Source of the DNA: Kosmotogaceae bacterium
GTDB lineage: Bacteria; Thermotogota; Thermotogae; Petrotogales; Kosmotogaceae
NCBI GenBank assembly: GCA_003444085.1
Contig: DLVL01000009.1
Coordinates: 4,930 to 68,929 of the forward strand
Length of the DNA stretch: 64,000 nucleotides
Reading direction: 5' to 3'
A program made the translations under genes and the position numbers. Shown here piece by piece: positions 58,273 to 64,000 of this stretch. Every line of letters starts with the position of its first letter. Within the stretch, counting starts at the first letter, position 1. The notes under the pieces were generated by a model. That model was not told the DNA's origin. It saw nothing but the letters and a program-made list of their open reading frames with translations, and did no database searches.

Positions 58273-59637
58273 ATGAAACTAGACGTTCTCGTTGCTGAAA
58301 TAGGTAGTACTACAACAGTTCTCAGCGCGTTTGCTTCTTCTGATAATGGCTTCAGACTCATTGGACAGAGTGAATCGAGTACCACGGTTTCTGATGGCGA
58401 TGTCACTATCGGAATTAATGCTGCTCTTGATTCCCTTAAAGATGCTCTTGCTGTTAGAAAACTAGATTGGGATACTCTTCTTGCTTGTAGTAGTGCTGCG
58501 GGAGGCCTGAAGATGACCGTCCATGGTCTCGTTTATGACATGACCGTAAAGGCTGCAAAAGAAGCTGCTCTTGGTGCTGGTGGAGTCATCAAGCACGTTA
58601 CTGCTGGGAAACTCGGGGCATCTGATATTCGAAGAATCCTTCAGATACGCCCAAAACTCATCCTTCTTGCAGGCGGAGTCGATTATGGAGAGAGCGAGAC
58701 GGCCTTGTTCAACAGCGGTGTTGTAGCACGTCTCGACATTGATGTGCCGGTCATTTTTGCGGGTAATTGCGCTGTCGCATCGGAAGCCGAAGCGATTCTG
58801 CGATCCTCAGGTAAGGATGTCTATGTAAGAGAAAACGTCTATCCCAGAATCGACGATCTCAATGTTGAGCCAACGCGCGAAGTGATCCGTAAGGTCTTTT
58901 CTGAGCATATTGTCAAGGCTCCCGGCATGGAGAAGATCTACTCTGTTGTTGATAGGGAGGTCATTCCAACACCTGCAGCTGTGATGATCTCTACAGAGCT
59001 TCTATCTGATAGATTTGGTGACGTGATGATGGTTGATATCGGAGGTGCAACAACAGACGTAGACTCTGTTACAGATGGCGATCCTGAGATTCAGGCGAAA
59101 TTGATCAGCCCCGAACCAAGATCGAAAAGAACAGTTGAAGGGGACCTTGGCGTATACGTCAACGCAAGGCATGTCGTAGACAGCATCGGAAGAAGTGAGC
59201 TTGCGAAGGAATTCAGCATGTTAGATGAGCTGATGGCTTCTGTGTCCCCTTTTCCCAAATCGGATCAACAGAGCGCCTTTGTTTCGCGACTCGCTTCTCA
59301 TTGTCTTGAAATGGCTATTCGCAGACACGCGGGCAGAATTAGAAGAGTATTCGGTCCAACTGGCAGAATCGATGTGGCCGAAGGTAAAGACCTCACTGCT
59401 GTGAAGATGGTAGTCGGCACTGGTGGGATACTCGCTCGATCTGATAGTGCCTGGGATCTACTGAGGAGAGTGAGGACTTATCAGAGAAGGTTTCCTCAGG
59501 AGTTGCTTCCAAGTGATGATGTGAAGCTGGCTATCGACACAAAGTATATTGCAGCTGCTTGTGGTGTTCTGTCAATGCTTGACAAAGAAGCAGCAATGAA
59601 GACTCTCGCAAACTCGCTTGAGATAATGAAGCCATAG
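58273..59637 (+). CDS. GlmL/MutL-like protein (ASKHA-fold accessory component of AdoCbl mutase systems)
   Basis: 454 aa. N-terminal VAEIGSTTTV and later DIGGATTDV (two ASKHA phosphate-type motifs) are present. Length and layout match my recollection of the glutamate mutase L component family. Confidence 0.7.
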   Translation: MKLDVLVAEIGSTTTVLSAFASSDNGFRLIGQSESSTTVSDGDVTIGINAALDSLKDALAVRKLDWDTLLACSSAAGGLKMTVHGLVYDMTVKAAKEAALGAGGVIKHVTAGKLGASDIRRILQIRPKLILLAGGVDYGESETALFNSGVVARLDIDVPVIFAGNCAVASEAEAILRSSGKDVYVRENVYPRIDDLNVEPTREVIRKVFSEHIVKAPGMEKIYSVVDREVIPTPAAVMISTELLSDRFGDVMMVDIGGATTDVDSVTDGDPEIQAKLISPEPRSKRTVEGDLGVYVNARHVVDSIGRSELAKEFSMLDELMASVSPFPKSDQQSAFVSRLASHCLEMAIRRHAGRIRRVFGPTGRIDVAEGKDLTAVKMVVGTGGILARSDSAWDLLRRVRTYQRRFPQELLPSDDVKLAIDTKYIAAACGVLSMLDKEAAMKTLANSLEIMKP

Positions 59638-59648
59638 TTTTTGATTGG

Positions 59649-59677
59649 TTGCATTGAAACATCTCCAGTGCTAGAAT
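59649..59677 (+). promoter_or_regulatory. sigma-70-type promoter of tRNA-Gly(CCC)
   Basis: TTGCAT (59649-59654), a 17-nt spacer ending in TGC, then TAGAAT (59672-59677). It lies 8 nt before the tRNA 5' end. Confidence 0.55.
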
Positions 59678-59685
59678 GACTTTAC

Positions 59686-59761
59686 GCGGGTGTAGCTCAG
59701 TCGGTAGAGCATCAGCTTCCCAAGCTGAGGGTCGCGGGTTCGAGTCCCGTCGCCCGCTCCA
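59686..59761 (+). tRNA. tRNA-Gly (anticodon CCC), CCA encoded
   Basis: GCGGGTGTAGCTCAGTCGGTAGAGCATCAGCTTCCCAAGCTGAGGGTCGCGGGTTCGAGTCCCGTCGCCCGCTCCA. Anticodon stem TCAGC/GCTGA with loop TTCCCAA. Discriminator U. Confidence 0.9.
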
Positions 59762-60085
59762 GATAGAACTTCCGTGTAGTTCGCCTATAGGATGGTCATC
59801 TCACTGTACTTGCATATAGCTTCTGAAGAAGGCAAGACCCCCTGCACACTCACTGACATGGCATACTAACCTGGCACTTTTCGCCGTCCGAAAGAAAAGA
59901 TCTCCATCTCGCAGGACCTTCAAATGAAATCGATAACAACTCAAATGGACTCTCTCTTATGACGTAGTGCATTAATTCGAGGCGTTTCGGTTCACCGGAA
60001 ACACTTCGCACAAAGTCCCCCTTTGCCTTTCTGCGTTGTGTAACCACCTGCAGAAAAACTGAAACACTCAGCAGAAATAGTGAAC

Positions 60086-60601
60086 CTAGGTTCTGTCAAC
60101 CAGAAACCTTAGCAATTCTGCTTGATCGCCGATCCTTGCCGACTCGATTAGCGTCAAGCTGATATCGTATTCAAGCCCGCAAATAATCGAATATCCTGAC
60201 TTGAATATTAGTGGCATCACCGTGAGCATTACTTCATCAACAAGCTGAGCGTTCAAAAATTCGCTGAATACCGAAGGTCCTCCTGCAATAACTGCTTTAG
60301 AGTACCCCTTTCTTTTCAGACTGTGAAGAATATCGCCAGGTGACTCAGAAGTGAAAACAAGCTGCTCAGAACTCCTGTATTCTTGAGGTGAACGTGTCAT
60401 AACAACATTCAGTCTTCCTGGCAGAGGCTTCCCGATGGTTTCGTAGGTCTTCCTTCCCATTATCAGAACTCCTGCATCAAGAGTGACTTCTTTGAAAAGC
60501 TTACGGTCATCACTGGTTGTCCACTCGACTTTGTCATTGTCGGTTCTTGCCACAATACCATTTGCGGAAGAGACAGCCATCATGATCGTATATGGCCTCA
60601 T
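60086..60601 (-). CDS. RibD C-terminal domain / dihydrofolate reductase-like reductase
   Basis: 171 aa. MAVSSANGIVAR...DRKLFKEVTLDAGVLIMGRKTYETIGKPLPGRLNVVMTR...AVIAGGPSVFSEFL is the DHFR-fold pattern. ATGA overlap with the upstream gene. Confidence 0.8.
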   Translation of the reverse strand: MRPYTIMMAVSSANGIVARTDNDKVEWTTSDDRKLFKEVTLDAGVLIMGRKTYETIGKPLPGRLNVVMTRSPQEYRSSEQLVFTSESPGDILHSLKRKGYSKAVIAGGPSVFSEFLNAQLVDEVMLTVMPLIFKSGYSIICGLEYDISLTLIESARIGDQAELLRFLVDRT

Positions 60602-61545
60602 CTGGACCTCCTGAATTCAACGGTGGGATGTCTGACAATAGCTTCTGAACGTGGAAATATCGCATCAACTTCTGTAGCGAAAGTCACACTGAATACTGCT
60701 TCTTCTTCCAGCTCGGAGACTTGTTTTATGTCGCCTTCATTCAGTCTAACAGGCTCACGCCCCGCAACTGACAGAGATATGGGGGCAGTTCGGTGGTTGG
60801 TGATAGTGACAGAACCTTCCTCGCGTTCAAAAGTAATACCGAAAGCCTCTGTTATTCCCTTTCGACACTTGACGGAGTAACTCACGGGCATATGAACGGA
60901 AACGATTTCTATGAAATCCTTTGTGTAGTTTCTCATTGTCCCTTCGTACTCAGTCCACCTGCCATCTCTCGAAACTTCTATGATCACTTTCTTGCCAGTC
61001 AGTCTTTCCAGTATCGAGTCATAAGAATTGCCGACATAGTCTATGAAGCTTTCGCCAACAGACTTCACATACTTCTGGTTTCCTGCAACAACAGCACTCT
61101 TAGGCGCGATTCTTCCAATGAATAGGGAGAATGTGTCTGCAATCGCATCGCGGACTGCGGCAAAGAAGTTGCGAAAGATTCTTCGAACACTTACAATCCA
61201 GCTTCTCTTGAATACCAGGCTTGTGCGTTCCCTCTGACGCAGCTCATCAGGAGACAACTGATCAATGATTCTGAATAAACCATGCAGGGCTGAAAACTCT
61301 GCTCTGTAGAGTATGTAACCTTTCTCACTATGAGTGATATTGTCATATGGTTCAGGATATTCCAGGACGATGCCACTGCTCTCCAGATACATATATCCCC
61401 AGAATGTCTCCTTGTTTTTCAGGATCACAAGGGTCGAAAATGATTGGAAGTCTTTCAGACATCGATCCTTTGCTGTAGACTTGAAGTAACTCACGATGAG
61501 TGTAGCTGAGAATATCACGATTATTGTTAAGGCCAGTGTATCCAC
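60598..61545 (-). CDS. hypothetical membrane-anchored protein (315 aa)
   Basis: It has an N-terminal TM helix (LALTIIVIFSATLIVSYF) and a beta-rich C-terminal half. No family recognised by eye. SD GGAGGTG upstream. Confidence 0.6.
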   Translation of the reverse strand: MDTLALTIIVIFSATLIVSYFKSTAKDRCLKDFQSFSTLVILKNKETFWGYMYLESSGIVLEYPEPYDNITHSEKGYILYRAEFSALHGLFRIIDQLSPDELRQRERTSLVFKRSWIVSVRRIFRNFFAAVRDAIADTFSLFIGRIAPKSAVVAGNQKYVKSVGESFIDYVGNSYDSILERLTGKKVIIEVSRDGRWTEYEGTMRNYTKDFIEIVSVHMPVSYSVKCRKGITEAFGITFEREEGSVTITNHRTAPISLSVAGREPVRLNEGDIKQVSELEEEAVFSVTFATEVDAIFPRSEAIVRHPTVEFRRSR

Positions 61546-61674
61546 CGGGCACCTCCTTGGTCAAAACAGTCCGGCAATTTGTTTGATTCCTGGTTTCAGT
61601 GACACGAACTGTGTTGTTCTTGAAAATCGTCAAAATGAGTGATGGTCCTGTGGGGTTTCATCTAGGAGGTTACC

Positions 61675-62382
61675 ATGAGAGAACACAATCTGATACGTAA
61701 CGTTTTTGCCATCTCCGGATATGTCATGCTTGTCACTGGAGGAGCACTGATTGTTGCTGTGGGCGTTTTCGTGATGCTGGGTGCTACTTTTGGAGCGATT
61801 GAAAGTGCTCTGCTTGCAGGCTCTGCTGTGCTGTTGATTACTATAGGCTTTCTTCTGATCAGGAATTACGAGCCTGATGAAGAAGAAAGGGCTTCCTCAA
61901 ATACTGAAGAGGCGAGGATGACAGAGAAGATTGAGAGAGTGCAGAAGTTCCTTGAGAGTGATCTTCCCACCTTGCACAGGTTAATCAGAAGGTCGGAAAG
62001 CCTTTTTAGTGATTCTTTACAGCGAATGAGTGAGGAACGGCAGCGATTTGAGAGCGCTTGCGAGTCTTTGACAAGGGCGATCGTTGCGTCACTGGATGAT
62101 CTGTGGAGGATTTCAAAACTTAATGAAGGGCTCGAAACAGAAGCTTTCAACACCCTCTGTAAAAGGTTGTCAAATGCTGGGTTCTTCGTATACGTCCCTG
62201 AGGAAAGATCATTTCCAGATATGAGCTTCTCCAAAATCATCAGAGAGAAAGAGTCTGATTTTCCCAAGGGATCGGTTGTGGAAGTGATTAACCCGGGTTA
62301 TCGTTATGGAGAACGCCTGATAAGGGAAGCAGAAATCGCTGTAGCCTCGCATCCTTCAAGAGGAAAAGACAAAAAGAAGTAA
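61675..62382 (+). CDS. membrane-anchored GrpE-like nucleotide exchange factor
   Basis: 235 aa, SD AGGAGGT. Two N-terminal TM helices, an acidic linker and a coiled-coil are followed by a GrpE-like C-terminus: IVASLDDLWRI ... FFVYVPEERSFPDMSFSKIIREKESDFPKGSVVEVINPGYRYGERLIREAEIAVA. Confidence 0.65.
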   Translation: MREHNLIRNVFAISGYVMLVTGGALIVAVGVFVMLGATFGAIESALLAGSAVLLITIGFLLIRNYEPDEEERASSNTEEARMTEKIERVQKFLESDLPTLHRLIRRSESLFSDSLQRMSEERQRFESACESLTRAIVASLDDLWRISKLNEGLETEAFNTLCKRLSNAGFFVYVPEERSFPDMSFSKIIREKESDFPKGSVVEVINPGYRYGERLIREAEIAVASHPSRGKDKKK

Positions 62383-62401
62383 TTCGGGAGGTATTACACG
62401 T

Positions 62402-63934
62402 ATGCATGCAATCGGCATAGATTTTGGGACATCTACTTCTGAAATTGGCACTTTTGTTGCGGGAGATGTCAGGATTCTTGAAGACATCTCGGCCGGTAGC
62501 AAAACAATCCCTTCTGCTGTCGCCGTGAATGACGACGGAAATGTGATTGTGGGACATGAGGCACTCAAATACGAAGGGCTCGAAGGGAGATTTGTCTCGC
62601 AAGTCAAACGTCTCATGGGAACTGATACAGAAGTAGAACTTGGCAATCGCGGGTATCGGCCTGAAGAGATCGCTGCACTGATTATGGGAAAGTTGAAGTC
62701 ATCTGCCGAAAAGTCATTCGGTGCCAGCATAACGGAAGCAGTAATAAGTGTCCCGGCGAATTTCCCAGAACCTGCAAGGAGAGCAACAATGGATGCCGCT
62801 GAAATAGCAGGGCTCAAAGTGTTAAGGCTGATAAACGAACCCACTGCAGCAGCTGTCGCTTTTGGCTCAGTAAAGAGCAGAGCAAAAGAGACTGCCCTTG
62901 TTTTCGATTGGGGTGGTGGAACGCTGGATCTGACAGTGCTGGGAATTGAAGGCAGAAATGTGAATGTGATAGCAAGTTATGGAGATCTTTTTCTTGGAGG
63001 AAGCGACTTTGATGAAGCAATGGCCGAGTATCTGGAGTCTTCTCTGACAGAGGACGAAGATATAACAATCTTTGCCCACGAAGCTTTGCGGAAAGAAGCC
63101 CGACGTGTTAAGGAAGCGCTTTCGTTCAATGATACTGTTGATCTGTACCTGCCTGCAGCGGCAAAGAAAGCTGATGGGACTTCTGTCAAACTTGAGAGAC
63201 CCCTCTCACGCGAAGAGATGAATCGAGTAGTTTCACATCTGATAGATCGTGCAAGAGAAGTTGTTGATGAGACTCTATCTATGAAGAATGTAGAGTACTC
63301 TGAAGTTGACAGGGTGATTCTGGTCGGAGGAACGACATACGTTCCAGCTGTCAGAGAGATGCTCCAGGACCTTTTCCCGGGGAGAGTCAGTACTTCCGTT
63401 GATCCCGATCTTGCTGTCTGTATTGGTGGAACTTATCAGGCGGCCATAATGAAAGGGCTTGTTGTTGGCGAAGACCAGGTTATCACTTCAGATATCTCGC
63501 CATATGGACTGGGCCTTGAAGTGCTCGAGCAAATCGGCAATAGCTGGGAGTTCATCTATGATCCCCTCATAGAACCAAACACGACTCTTCCTTTCGAAAC
63601 GAACGTAGAATACGATCTTCTCAGTTCAGAACAACGTGCAGTCAATATTCGTGTGCTTCAGTCACACAGGAACACCAAACAGCTTGCAGAAGAAGCCATA
63701 GATACCGGAATTCATGCCAGAATTGCCGGCATACCTCAGCGACGCGACACAGAACCACACACGCTTCGCATAGATTTCTCCTACGATGCAAACGGAATGA
63801 TTCATCTCAGCGCAACAATTGTTGAAACAAAACAAAGCATAACGATAGACTTTTCGGAAACTGAAGTCTCTCTAACTGAGCAGGATAAACTTGCAGCGAA
63901 ACATGAGATCATGGAATTACTCAAACACATGTGA
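62402..63934 (+). CDS. Hsp70-family ATPase paralog lacking the C-terminal helical lid (HscC-like)
   Basis: 510 aa, SD GGGAGGT. IGIDFGTSTS, DWGGGTLDLTV, VILVGGTTYVPAV and the SBD-beta motif ISPYGLGLEV are present. It ends about 100 aa short of canonical DnaK. Confidence 0.85.
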   Translation: MHAIGIDFGTSTSEIGTFVAGDVRILEDISAGSKTIPSAVAVNDDGNVIVGHEALKYEGLEGRFVSQVKRLMGTDTEVELGNRGYRPEEIAALIMGKLKSSAEKSFGASITEAVISVPANFPEPARRATMDAAEIAGLKVLRLINEPTAAAVAFGSVKSRAKETALVFDWGGGTLDLTVLGIEGRNVNVIASYGDLFLGGSDFDEAMAEYLESSLTEDEDITIFAHEALRKEARRVKEALSFNDTVDLYLPAAAKKADGTSVKLERPLSREEMNRVVSHLIDRAREVVDETLSMKNVEYSEVDRVILVGGTTYVPAVREMLQDLFPGRVSTSVDPDLAVCIGGTYQAAIMKGLVVGEDQVITSDISPYGLGLEVLEQIGNSWEFIYDPLIEPNTTLPFETNVEYDLLSSEQRAVNIRVLQSHRNTKQLAEEAIDTGIHARIAGIPQRRDTEPHTLRIDFSYDANGMIHLSATIVETKQSITIDFSETEVSLTEQDKLAAKHEIMELLKHM

Positions 63935-63974
63935 ACCGTGAAAACTCTCTCTGATATGAAAGAATCAGCAAAAG

Positions 63975-63993
63975 AGCCGCCTTAGAGGCGGCT
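63975..63993. terminator. GC-rich hairpin closing the Hsp70 operon (possibly bidirectional)
   Basis: AGCCGCC-TTAGA-GGCGGCT, a 7-bp perfect stem. The U-tract is better on the minus strand (CTTTTG) than on the plus strand (ATTCACT). Confidence 0.4.
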
Positions 63994-64000
63994 ATTCACT

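Noticed and set aside
59880-59925. SRP-RNA-like GTCCGAAAGAAAAG motif
   Set aside because: It resembles the GGAA-tetraloop helix 8 only superficially. The conserved AGCAGCC partner strand and flanking helices are missing. RNase P and tmRNA signatures are also absent from this spacer.
59850-60047. 65-aa minus-strand ORF after tRNA-Gly
   Set aside because: GTG start without an SD and no family resemblance. The spacer is kept as a finding, but the ORF is not called as a gene.

Overview
The window reads as a dense, mostly housekeeping stretch of a Thermotogota-type chromosome, probably next to the replication origin. The lineage guess is from memory, not a search. It rests on a 59-aa ferredoxin very close to the Thermotoga maritima one, a RecG with a long N-terminal extension, a short 199-aa EF-Ts, GGAGG-type SDs and roughly mid-40s % GC by eye. 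I support about 65 protein genes, 7 tRNAs (all with encoded CCA), several intrinsic terminators and a few sigma-70-like promoters.

Gene content, left to right:
- ileS (5' fragment), a receiver-only response regulator, a multi-GAF histidine kinase, a Mut7-C nuclease, rsmD, recG, hpt, trmB, a lipase-like hydrolase and a CUT1-type ABC importer.
- A complete oxidative ornithine (Stickland-type) cluster: ord-ortA-ortB-oraS-oraE.
- pilB-ftsZ-ftsA plus an FtsQ-slot protein, gyrB, DUF721, mtaB, rpoD, dnaG and the ribosomal protein genes rpsI, rplM, rpmA and rplU.
- tRNA-Ser, a GH13 enzyme, spoVS, a five-tRNA operon, rpsO, eno, pyrH, tsf, coaD, an Rrf2 regulator, ftsY, proS and a PNP.
- dnaA with a 325-bp AT-rich upstream spacer, ferredoxin and serA plus a class V aminotransferase.
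- After a coding-strand switch near 49.6 kb: ZapB/ZapA-like genes, murI, rapZ, yvcK, whiA, nrdR, greA, lysS, yqeY, a GlmL-like gene and tRNA-Gly.

I saw no CRISPR array, transposase, integrase, phage gene or recognisable defence gene.

The least ordinary part is the right end, after tRNA-Gly(CCC). It holds a 320-bp non-coding stretch, an uncharacterised membrane protein coupled to a RibD_C/DHFR-like reductase, and a two-gene operon pairing a membrane-anchored GrpE-like protein with a lid-less Hsp70 paralog and no J-protein in view.

Other points worth a second look:
- The ornithine cluster lacks a local racemase and reactivase, while an orphan GlmL-like ASKHA ATPase lies 40 kb away.
- A PstB-like ABC ATPase is predicted to be catalytically dead.
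- tRNA-led mRNAs converge with a 4-nt gap.
- The candidate oriC.

All family assignments come from motif and sequence recognition by eye, and none is confirmed by a database search.
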